Part shown: piece after piece, positions 9,813 through 19,700 of the stretch
Position numbering within the stretch: position 1 is the first letter of the stretch
How the letters are laid out: every line of letters begins with the position of its first letter
Position numbers and translations under genes: made by a program
The notes under the pieces: generated by a model
Seen by the model: only the letters and a program-made list of their open reading frames with translations
What the model was told of the DNA's origin: nothing
Database searches by the model: none
Source of the DNA: Protoeuglena noctilucae
Taxonomy: Eukaryota
Direction of reading: 5' to 3'
Assembly (NCBI GenBank): GCA_958009085.1
Contig: OY253679.1
Coordinates: forward strand, 989,571 to 1,009,570
DNA length: 20,000 bases

Positions 9813-12764
9813 ATGCCCACCGCCAAGGATGTCAAGGGCAAGGATGTGAAGTCGCTGAGCCCGGAGGTGGAGGCGGAGCGCGCGAGGAAGGCCGCCGAAA
9901 TCGAGGACGCGCGGCGTCGCGAGCAGCAGCGCCTCCGCGAGGCCGAGCGAGCGCGCAAGGAGAAGCTCGCCAACATCAAAAGTCGCAGCGTCCTGAATCT
10001 CAGCCCAGAGGTGAGCGCTTGTCCTCTAGCTCGCTTGCTGTGCGCGATGTTACTTGCTATAGGGCGACCCGTGCACCTCAGCCCAGAGTTTAGCATTTGG
10101 CCTCTCGCGTTCCCACTCTGCGCGGGGCCACATGCTTGGGCGACCCGTGCGGCCCAGCGAGGACGCTTGCGAGCGCCTCTCTGTGCAGGTGGAGGCGGCG
10201 CGTGCCACGCGGGCCAAGGAGATTGAGGAGGCGCGAGTACGGAAGGAGCGGGCTTTGAAGGAGGAGGAGCGGGCGAGGCAGGAGGCGCTGTCGCAGGTCA
10301 CGGGCAAGGACGAGAAGTCCCTGAGTCCCGCCGTCCTCGAGCTGCGCGCCAAGATGGCGGCAGAGATCGAGGAGGCGCGGGTCCGGAAGGAGCGGGCTTT
10401 AAAGGAAGAGGTGAGGGGCACAGCGCAGTAAGGCCACTGTCTGTCTCTTCACTCCCTGTTCGCCCGACAGCGTGGATGTCCCGCCCATCGCTGCAGGAGA
10501 GGGCACGACAGGAGTACCTGGCCACGGTCAAGGGCCGGGATGAGAAGGCCCTGCCACCCGAGATCGAGGAGCTGCGTGCCAAGAAGGCGACGGAGATTGA
10601 GGAGGCACGAGTGCGGAAGGAGAGAGCTCTGAAGGAAGAGGCGAGGGGTGCAGCGCTGGGCGGGCGTGGCCGGCCATGCTGCGCCTGCTTTGTCACAAAG
10701 CTTGGCCCCGCAGCGCTCTGCGCTTCTGTCATGTGTCGCTTCTTCCATACATCTCTGTCTCCATGTGTCTCATCGCCCTGGCCATTTCCAGGAGAGGGTA
10801 CGGCAGGAGTACCTGGCCACTGTCAAGGGCAGAGATGAGAAAGCCCTGACGCCCGAGATCGAGGAGCTGCATGCGAAGAAGGCGACGGAGATTGAGGAGG
10901 CGCGGGTGCGGAAGGAGCGGGCCCTGAAAGAAGAGGTGAGAGGGCTGCAGCGCTGGGCGGGCGTGGCAGCGCTGGGCGGGCGTGGCTTCGCTGCGCCTGC
11001 TCTCTTAAGAGCGTGACCGTTGCAATACTCTGCAAATCTATCCTGCACTGCTCGCTCCATGCTCTCTGTCTCCATGTGCCCCTCTGTCCCGCTCATCGCT
11101 GCAGGAGAGGGCGCGGCAGGAGTACTTGGCGACCGTCAAGGGCCGGGATGAGAAGGCCCTGACGCCCGAAATCGAGGAGCTGCGCGCGAAGAAGGCAGCA
11201 GAGATCGAGGAGGCGCGGGTGCGGAAGGAGCGGGCCCTGAAAGAAGAGGTGAGAGGGCTGCAGCGCTGGGCGGGCGTGGCAGCGCTGGGCGGGCGTGGCT
11301 TCGCTGCGCCTGCTCTCTTAAGAGCGTGACCGTTGCAATACTCTGCAAATCTATCCTGCACTGCTCGCTCCATGCTCTCTGTCTCCATGTGCCCCTCTGT
11401 CCCGCTCATCGCTGCAGGAGAGGGCGCGGCAGGAGTACTTGGCGACCGTCAAGGGCCGGGATGAGAAGGCCCTGACGCCCGAAATCGAGGAGCTGCGCGC
11501 GAAGAAGGCAGCAGAGATCGAGGAGGCGCGGGTGCGGAAGGAGCGGGCCCTGAAAGAAGAGGTGAGAGGGCTGCAGCGCTGGGCGGGCGTGGCAGCGCTG
11601 GGCGGGCGTGGCTTCGCTGCGCCTGCTCTCTTAAGAGCGTGACCGTTGCAATACTCTGCAAATCTATCCTGCACTGCTCGCTCCATGCTCTCTGTCTCCA
11701 TGTGCCCCTCTGTCCCGCTCATCGCTGCAGGAGAGGGCGCGGCAGGAGTACTTGGCGACCGTCAAGGGCCGGGATGAGAAGGCCCTGACGCCCGAAATCG
11801 AGGAGCTGCGCGCGAAGAAGGCAGCAGAGATCGAGGAGGCGCGGGTGCGGAAGGAGCGGGCCCTGAAAGAAGAGGTGAGAGGGCTGCAGCGCTGGGCGGG
11901 CGTGGCAGCGCTGGGCGGGCGTGGCTTCGCTGCGCCTGCTCTCTTAAGAGCGTGACCGTTGCAATACTCTGCAAATCTATCCTGCACTGCTCGCTCCATG
12001 CTCTCTGTCTCCATGTGCCCCTCTGTCCCGCTCATCGCTGCAGGAGAGGGCGCGGCAGGAGTACTTGGCGACTGTCAAGGGCAGAGATGAGAAAGCCCTG
12101 ACGCCCGAAATCGAGGAGCTGCGCGCGAAGAAGGCAGCAGAGATCGAGGAGGCGCGGGTGCGGAAGGAGCGGGCCCTGAAAGAAGAGGTGAGAGGGCTGC
12201 AGCGCTGGGCGGGCGTGGCAGCGCTGGGCGGGCGTGGCTTCGCTGCGCCTGCTCTCTTAAGAGCGTGACCGTTGCAATACTCTGCAAATCTATCCTGCAC
12301 TGCTCGCTCCATGCTCTCTGTCTCCATGTGCCCCTCTGTCCCGCTCATCGCTGCAGGAGAGGGCCCGGCAGGAGTACTTGGCGACTGTCAAGGGCAGAGA
12401 TGAGAAAGCCCTGACGCCCGAAATCGAGGAGCTGCGCGCGAAGAAGGCGGCAGAGATCGAAGAGGCACGAGTGCGGAAGGAGCGGGCCTTGAAGGAAGAG
12501 GTGAGGGGCACAGCGCAACAGCGGCCGGGCTCGCCATGGATGCGCGCAGCAGCTCTGTCACAGAGCGTGCCCCCTGCAGCAGCTGCTGACTGCCTGTCGA
12601 CTGTTCATTCGGTTCGTCCACCAGCCTGGATGCCCCGTTCATCGCTGCAGGAGAGGGCACGGCAGGAGTACCTCGCCACGGTCAAGGGCCGGGACGAGAA
12701 GGCTCTGTCCCCAGAAATCGAGGAGATACGAGCTAGACTTGCAGCGGGCCAGACCGTCGCGTAG
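9813..12764 (+). CDS. Uncharacterised E/K/R-rich helical protein with 48-aa repeats, about 513 aa, 10 exons
   Basis: Exons 9813-10010, 10189-10410, 10497-10640, 10792-10935, 11105-11248, 11418-11561, 11731-11874, 12044-12187, 12357-12500, 12651-12764, all phase 0. Seven 144-nt exons each encode ERARQEYLATVKGRDEKALTPEIEELRAKKAAEIEEARVRKERALKEE or a close variant; many differences between copies are synonymous. The start codon is less certain. Confidence 0.85.
10792..12500 (+). repeat. 313-bp tandem repeat (144-nt exon + 169-nt intron), about 5.5 near-identical copies
   Basis: Exon starts recur at 10792, 11105, 11418, 11731, 12044 and 12357 (period 313); the introns between them look identical. 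Confidence 0.97.
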
Positions 12765-12956
12765 GTCAACCTGCTCTAGCGCGCTGTCTCACGTAGTCCT
12801 TGCTTCAGCCGAAACTTGGCTATCCCTAGCGTATGCGTCGTTCACGTAGGGCGTAGAGACTGGAACTAGCTAGTGGGAACCTGCCGTAGAGCCACTTGTA
12901 GAGCCTTGTCCACGCGTAGGTGGACCCTAGCGCACCTTACATAGCCACGGCGCTTG

Positions 12957-15056
12957 TTAAGCTCGCTGCGGGAGGGACGCCAGCGCATCGAGCTCCAGCT
13001 CTAGGCCCGGGAACTGCCCTATCTCCTCCCCGACCAGCTTGACGGCGGCGCTCCGGAGCCCAATGCTCAGGTCGGCCATCAGCGTGGCGTCGCCCTTGCC
13101 CCCACGGCCCCGGGTCGCTGCGATGCGCTCTGCCAGCTCACGGCCACTGCGGGGGAGAGCCGGGGCCGCTTGTCTGTTGGATGCGCACTCGCAGAGTCAC
13201 TTGGTCGCGAAAGCACACTGTGTGTTGTGGTAGGAGTCACACGTGCCGCGTTGGCACCTCGGCAGCCAGCCAGCCACCCACGCTCGCCTGTCCCAGGCGC
13301 ACTGCATGCTTGCGCCGCTCAGCCAGTCGCCGCATATGCCGACGCGACCGGCGGGGTCCCACACGCAGCTGGGCTTCCCCTCCAGGGCCGTGGTCGGCAG
13401 CGCCGCGCCCCACATCTGCACGCGCCAGAAGAGCGGTGCGGGCAGGCGGCCCCCGGCGCCGACTGCAGCGCCGAAGTCCGCCAACATGCGCTGCCGGACT
13501 GCGGGGGAGAGCGACGCAGCACCTTGCTTGTCAGCAAAGACGGGTGACCGCACATAGCACACAGCAGCACCAGCACATGGCAGCACCCCCTGCAGCGACA
13601 GACTGACCCTCAATTGCGTCTCTTGCCCATCTCCTCTCCTCGCATCTCCCACCCCTCGCCTCCTCACCTTTCTCCGCCGCCTCTGCCGGGACCGACTCCT
13701 GTGGCACCTTGATGGCCTTGCCAAACGCATCCGTGCTCAGCAGCGTCCAGCACTGCACGCGCCCCTGCCGGGTTCCCAGCTTGGCCGTGTTGTTGGCCAC
13801 CCACGCCAGGCTGGACCCCTCCAGCCCCGCACACCCGATGAACGCCCCCTCCATCCCCGCCGCCACGGCCGGCGCCGCACGGCAGAGCTCCCCGGCGTCG
13901 AATGCCACCATCAGCGCCCAGATGCTACTCAGCCGCAGCGACCGCATCTGACGCTCGACGTCGTCCGCGCCCGTCCCCGACAGCAGCCGGTTGGCACACT
14001 TGCCGTTGTGGGCGATGGCCACCGCAGCGAAGGTGCCCTGGTCGCGGCCGCGCCCCGCGAGGCGCCACCCGGCCTCGCTGTGCGCCATGCTCCCCACCCA
14101 GCACGGCCGGCGCACCTCCACCCGCCCCGACGCCTGCGCCTCCCCCACCAGGCGCTGCGGCCACGTGGCAGAGGGAGCGGTGCAGCATGGGGGGCTGGCT
14201 AGCAGTGTGAGCGACTGGCATGTGTCTGTGTCCAAGGCAGCTGGGCGGCTTAAGACGCGCCAGTCACCTCCGCCAGTGCCCGCATGCCGCCCACTCCCAC
14301 GTAGAGCGGCACGCCCGCGCGGTCGCCCAGCGGTCGGAAGACCCCGGGTGCGGTCAGGTGCCCGACGCGGGAGGGGTCCCAGCGGGCGACCCATCCGCGC
14401 CGCTCCCACTCCGCAACTGCAGGCGCAGGCAGGGCGACGTGATGCGCGTGCTTTCGTCAGCGACACGCGCACCGCTCCCAGACACACTCAGCCCACGCGC
14501 CTGCTCGTGCGAAGGCGCCTCCCTCCGATGCCGTGAAGAACTGCGCCGCGTGGTCGAAGGCCAGCTCCCCCAGCCCCGCCGCATTTGTGCCCACGTTGGG
14601 GCGGCCGGCGAGGGAGTCGTCTGCCGTGGTGCGGGTGGCCATGCGGCCGCCGACGCCGTGCTCGCCCGTGTCAAACACCACGCTCCTCACGCCCGCCTCC
14701 GCCAGGGCGATGGCGCAGGACAGGCCGGACAGGCCGCCACCCATGATGGCCACGGCCCCGTCGCCCGGCATGGCCGACTCGAAGACCGCGGGCTCCCTGC
14801 TGTGACGGGGGGGCGGCGTGCCACCGCGCCCTCCCCGCCGCCGCTGGGGCGCAGAGCCGGGCTGGCTGCCGCGGCCTCTACCGGCCGACGCAGTCATGGC
14901 AGAAGACCGGCGAGCAGGGGTCCAGGAGCGGCCCGGCTGGCGAGGGAGAGGGACGCTACACAACGAAGGCGTGCGCAGCGGACACACGCGCGGGATGGGA
15001 GCGAAGATCGCGGCGGGGCGCTCGTGGCAAACGGATCGGCACGCCAAACCGCGCAT
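12957..15056 (-). CDS. FAD/NAD(P)-binding oxidoreductase, renalase-like, about 530 aa, 5 exons, possible N-terminal transit peptide
   Basis: Exons 14501-15056, 14268-14416, 13668-14154, 13288-13498, 12957-13146 (total 1593 nt). Motifs: VAIMGGGLSGL (Rossmann), FDTGEHGVGGRMATR, FDHAAQFFT, YVGVGGMRALAE, AHNGKCANRLL, KVPQE, QMWGAALP, VGICGDWL, IGQFPG. Introns 1 and 4 are GC-AG. The start ATG is inferred. Confidence 0.9.
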
Positions 15057-15398
15057 TTCCAAGACGGGGCGGCGCTGAGACGAGCTCAACGCCTCAGGCC
15101 CGTGTCGGTTACTTTGTGTTCTCGCAATCGCGCCCACGCAGCGCCTTCTGCTCGCTCGCTCCACCTCTTTTCTGATGTCAGAGGAGTCTGGCGCAACGCG
15201 AGTTTGGTCCCCTGTGACGCCGCGATGTCCGCCACTCTCGTGAGGCTCTACCACGCTCGCAGCAGTGTGGGCTGGCGATGACGAGGCCCTCCCCGCGGCG
15301 ATTTCCATAGGTGCGCGCCGCGAGCCGACAGTTACGGCCGGGCGAGGGGCTTCAGAGGCCACCGACGGCGTCTCCGATCTCCGTCGCAGGCCTGCTCG
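15057..15398. promoter_or_regulatory. Putative bidirectional promoter between the oxidoreductase gene and PET117
   Basis: 342 bp between divergent start codons. Confidence 0.45.
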
Positions 15399-15745
15399 AT
15401 GTCCCGGGGCGCGAGCGTAGTGCTGCTGGGCTCCATGGCGTTCCTGGTCGGGGCCATCTGGTTCGTGCACGAGAACGAAGTCCAGGAGCGCAAGGTGCCG
15501 CCGCGCTTTGGCAGATTGGTTGTTTGGTTCATGAAGATCACGATAGGGAGCTACAGGCGCTCGACGGATGCCGCAGCGGCTGCCCGCAGACGATGCGTCA
15601 GGGCCTGCTGCGTGACGAGCAGGCGTACGAGTACAAGTTAAGGCAGCGCCAGGCGCGGAGGGACCAGGCCAAGGGGGCCGACCAGGGGGAGGGTCACGGC
15701 CATGGCCGCGGGGAGCCAGGGCAGGCGGGGCCGGCGGGCGCGTGA
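15399..15745 (+). CDS. PET117: Cytochrome c oxidase assembly factor PET117-like, 83 aa, 2 exons
   Basis: Exons 15399-15494 and 15590-15745 give MSRGASVVLLGSMAFLVGAIWFVHENEVQERK|TMRQGLLRDEQ..., matching the PET117 pattern MSR + hydrophobic segment + VH...(L/M)R.G..RD followed by a charged helix. Confidence 0.8.
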
Positions 15746-16447
15746 CGTGAGCGAGCGGGGGCACGAGTCGGTCCATGATGGGCCAATGATGCGGTAGGGT
15801 GGGCTCGCAGCCCGGGCAAGGTTTTGCTGAGCAATCTGTCGAGAGCGCGTTTGCCGGGCATTTCAAGCGACGGAGGTTTGGCAACGCTGTGACGGGGCGA
15901 GGCGGGCGATGTGGTGCTGTGATGGGGCGCAGTGCGCCTGCCCTGCCCCTGCTGTCACCCCATCCCATGTGTCGATGCTGTGCTTGACCGTCCAAGGCCG
16001 CTCCACACCCAGCTGGTCGCTTATGGCCAAGGCCGCGCCCTCGGTCCCCGATGGGGAGAGGCGGGCAGAGACGCTTCCAGCCGCGCCATCAGCGCCCTCC
16101 CCCTGCCCCACGCGTGGGGGCGTCAGCTGCGCCAGGCAACTCGCCGTCAGCCTCCGCACCGCGCGGGCTCCATGGCCACGGCCCGCTCCGCCGCATGCAC
16201 GGCGCCCATGGCCAGCTCCGCCTCGAGTGCGCCCCTTGGCAGACGAGCGACGAGGCAGCGCCGGTGACGCTGGCAAGCGGGATGCAGCGGTGAGGTCATT
16301 GCTCCACAGTGCATGGGACGAGGGGGGCTGCTGCCCGGCTCGGCGTCTGCGGGCGTAGTGGCGGATGCGAGACGGCCAAGGCAGGGCCTGTTGGGGCGGG
16401 GGAGCCGCCAAGCAGAGCTGGGAACGGGGATATGTGCGGGTACAGGG

Positions 16448-16738
16448 TGTTGCAGCTGTGTGGTGGAGATCCCATGCAACCTTCAATCGTGTCTGCGGTG
16501 CGGTCTGCGATGGGGTGCTGATAGGGAAACTCTCTCCAGGCAGCCTGTGGCTGGTCCCTGGGGTCCCTAGCAGGTCCGAGCGGCCCGTACCTCTACAACG
16601 TAGTTGCGCCAGTTATTCACCAGCATGTCGAGTGGAGACCAGTAGGCCTTGAACTCGGAAAACTGTCCTAAGCGCAGCCTGCCTACGCTAGACCAGAGCA
16701 GGGCTACCCAGGTATGCCCTACTGGCGTGTGTCTAACA
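16448..16738 (-). repeat. Putative 3' LTR (about 291 bp, TGTT...AACA)
   Basis: On the - strand the polypurine tract AGAGGAGGGGG (16752-16742) is followed by CAG and then TGTTAGAC at 16738. The distal end at GCAACA (16448) rests only on the 4-bp terminal inverted repeat. Confidence 0.6.
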
Positions 16739-16843
16739 CTGCCCCCTCCTCTAGAGGCAAGCTTCGCCTGAAGCTGCACTAGGCGACTGCAAGCGTGCGC
16801 GGCACATGTCGGACTTGGCCAGAAGGCTTGGGAAGCTCCTCAC

Positions 16844-18594
16844 TCAGACGTCAGGCGGACTTGGCGGCTTGGACGGCTCGGGTTGAGTCTTGGGGAGTGG
16901 CTGTGAGCCCTTGCGCTCCCAGTAGGCTCTTTCGACCTCCGGGGCGTCCATCTCCGATGCGGGGACCCACTGATCATGGTCAGCTGAGTAGCCAGTCCAC
17001 CGGATCAGGTACTCCAGCACGTTCACTTGCTTCCGATTCTTCCGCTTCTTGGTTTAGCGGTGAGCAAGGATGTCCTGCACCTCGAAGTGCTCGCCTCCGT
17101 CCTCATCGAGAGTGACAGGTGGCGGCTGGTCAGTGTGCAGCTCTTCTGCAGCCCTCAGGAACTTCTCAGAGAGTCTCATGGGGTGCACGTGCTTGATGTT
17201 GATCGTCGGATGCTTGTCTGCCATCTTGTTGCCAAAGAGGGTCAGGTCCAGCTTGACTGCTGTGACGCTGCCGTCCTCCCCCCGGGTGACCGAATCCACC
17301 TGGAACGGTCCCGACTTGCGGCTAGCCAACTTGGCACTAGCGCTGGTAGCAAGGGGTCCCGTCAAGCGCGACGCATCAACATACACCCAATCGCCTGGCG
17401 CGATGGCAGGTGCAGGGCGGCGCTTGCGGTCGGCAGTGGCCTAAGTGGCGTCTCGCGCGTGCTCTAGGACCGCGCGGATCTGCTGGAGGCGCTGCTCGCG
17501 CTCATACGCAGCAAAGGCAGCTGTGCTGTCAGCGATGGCTGCTTTGTGCAGCATAGCAAGGGGCTGGTTGGGCCGGCGGTTCAGCAAGACCGCGATGGGT
17601 GGCTCTTTGAGGCCATTGTGCACGCTGCTGTTGTAAGCCTGCTCGACTATGGGCAGCCAAAGGTGCCAGTCAGAATGATCAGGCGCAACATAGTGGCGAA
17701 GGATGGTAGCCACGATACGGTTAGCAACCTCCGTTTGGCCATCAGTCTGGGGGTGATAGGCGGAGCTCATCTTGAGCTGCACCCCGTACAGCTTGTAGAG
17801 CTGCTGCCAATACGCGCTGAGGAACCGTGGGTCACGATCTGATACAACGCTGGTTGGCAGGCCAAAGGTCTTGAATAGCGTCGAGAACAGCAGTTGGGCT
17901 GTCTCCGCTGCAGTGATTGTGGTATTCACTGGGAAAAGGAAGAGCGCTTTGCTGAAACGGTCCACGACCGTGAGGATGGCGTCATGGCCAGAACTGCTGG
18001 TCGGGAGGCCCATGATAAAGTCGAGGCTGATGCTCTCGAAGGGCTCAGTGGGAACCGCTAACGGCTGCAGTAGGCCGTGAGGCGCTTGCGTGGAGTACTT
18101 GTGCTTTGCGCAGCTGGGGCATGTGCTGCAGTAGTCTTTGACATCGGCAGCCATCTTGGGCCAGTAAAAGTGCTCCTTGAGTTCGGCCAGAGTCTTGGCG
18201 ACGCCATGGTGCCCGCTGATGGGTGCATCGTGATACATGCGGAGCAATCGCTGCTTGAGCGCATTGTCATCGGGCACGCAAAGGCGTACGTGCGGCCCGT
18301 CGCGCTGGTACAGCAAATGGCCATCGGCTGTGGCATACTCGCCGTTTGGCGTAGCAGCCTGGTCGAGCATGCGCTTGTACCAGTCGTCTTGCTGACCCTT
18401 CTCAGCGATCTGTTGGACCAGCTCAGTGTGGTCGACAACCGCCACGGAGATGCTGTTCAGGGCAGCGGCAGCCTCACGCTGCGTGAAGACGCGGCTCAGG
18501 GCATCCTCGACGACTTGTTGCGTGCCAGGTCTGTGCTGGACGATTATGTCGTACTCTTGCAGAATATCGACCCAGCGGGCTCTCCGGCCGTGCA
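16844..18594 (-). pseudogene. pol: pol fragment: RNase H C-terminus, integrase, chromodomain; two in-frame stops
   Basis: RARWVDILQEYD...HRPG...DALSR; HHCC (HDAPISGHHG...CSTC); DDE core (LDFIMGLP, VSDRDPRF, HPQTDGQTE); KSGPFQV; chromodomain FEVQDILAHR*...LEYLIRWTGYSADHDQWVP. The three listed ORFs share one frame, broken by TAG at 17441-17443 and TAA at 17054-17056. Confidence 0.92.
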
Positions 18595-19046
18595 ACTGAC
18601 TGACTTTCCTTCAACAAGGCTCACAGCTAAGGTCGCTGACCTATCTCTTGCCACTCTTGCCCGGGGCCCTCGAGCAGTGGCTTCAGCTGCTTTGGCAGCG
18701 CCAGGGCCAGCAGCTACCAACACCAGGGAAGGTCGCATCAGCGGTGTAGCATACATCACCACCGCCTAGCCAAAAACAGGGCGAGGCCCTGGACCCGGCG
18801 AGCCGGTCAAGGGAGTGGTCCCTTGGGAAGTTACTGAGCAGGGCGAGGGGCCCTGGAGAGGACTGACTGACTCGCTTCAAAGGGTCCACAGCTTAGGCCT
18901 CAGGCCTATTGCTCGCCAGTTCTAGCCTATGACTAGGGGTCCGGGCCCTGGACCTGGCTTAAGCCGCTTTGGCAGCACAAGGGCCTATGCTACCAACACC
19001 CAAGAAGTTCGCATCGGCTGTGTAGTGTACGTCCGCACAGCCTAGC
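18595..19046. repeat. Two diverged direct repeats (18595-18770 and 18862-19046), each bounded by ACTGACTGACT
   Basis: Shared blocks in the same order: ACTGACTGACT, CTTCAA, CACAGCT.AGG, GGGCCCT, GGCTT.AGC.GCTTTGGCAGC, GCTACCAACACC, TCGCATC.GC.GTGTAG, GCCTAGC. Confidence 0.9.
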
Positions 19047-19700
19047 TTAGAGGTGGAACCCGAGGGAAAAACCACCCGAGGGCAAGGAGGGCAAGCCCCC
19101 CTGTGCCGGCGAAGGCGCATGCAAGAAGCAAGCGCAAGACCCCCAGATACGAGGGCGGGTGCCCGCTAGGCGGGCTCAAAGGGCTGCAGCAAGGCAGCGG
19201 GGGCAGCTGCAAGACAGCGGGTAGGCGGCGCGGCGGCTGCCACTCCCCCCGACTCGCAGGGCCGGGCTGGGGTGGCGGGCTCAGTGGCCCACCGCTTGAG
19301 AGCCCTGGTGCATGGGGAGGTGCCCCTGGGGCACCGCCCTCTGCACCCTGGGCCCGGCCGCCCCATCATGGCGGCGCTCGGGCACGAAGGCCGATGGGGA
19401 AGGGGAGTGGGCGCCCCACGCCCGGCGCGGGCACACGGTCCATGCTGAACCACTGGCCCGCCTGCTGGATCTCTTGGACGACAGCCTGGCGCTGGGAGAA
19501 GAAGGCGCCCCGCACCGTCGTGGCGATGACGCGGCGCACCCGAGTGAGCACCTCATCCGTGCCCGGGGGCCGGGCGTTGGGCAGCCGGCGCAGGGTGGTG
19601 TGGTACAGGACCATCGTGCCCCATGCCGCCATGGCCCAGGCGGAGGCGACGATGAGCCACAGGGTCGGCGGCCAGTTGGGCGGCGTCTGCAGGCCGAGCG
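18595..19700 (-). mobile_element. Putative non-LTR retrotransposon 3' fragment, truncated by the telomere
   Basis: An open frame runs from the telomere junction to TGA at 19366-19368 (LGLQTPPNWPPTLWLIVASAWAMAAWGTMVLYHTTLRR...), loosely like the Trp-rich C-terminus of LINE ORF2. It is followed by a structured 3' region and AGTC-repeat ends. No RT or endonuclease motif is present. Confidence 0.4.

Larger units (their letters stand above)
16448..18594 (-). mobile_element. Degenerate, 5'-truncated Ty3/Gypsy (chromovirus-type) LTR retrotransposon
   Basis: Domain order RNase H end, integrase, GPF motif, chromodomain, then polypurine tract and TGTT LTR start. Gag, protease, RT and the 5' LTR are absent. 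Confidence 0.92.

Noticed and set aside
10792..12500. CRISPR-like or non-coding satellite reading of the 313-bp array
   Set aside because: No unique spacers; each unit is an in-frame exon with canonical splice sites.
15955..16075. Minus-strand peptide SGTEGAALAISDQLG...TVKHSID, faintly like cytosine methyltransferase motif I
   Set aside because: No catalytic PC motif or other motifs, no clear exon structure; too weak without an HMM search.
17441..17443. Programmed stop readthrough in the integrase
   Set aside because: A second stop sits inside the chromodomain and the element is truncated, so decay is the simpler explanation.
18595..19046. Hammerhead ribozyme in the duplicated modules
   Set aside because: No CUGANGA...GAAA core conserved in both copies on either strand.
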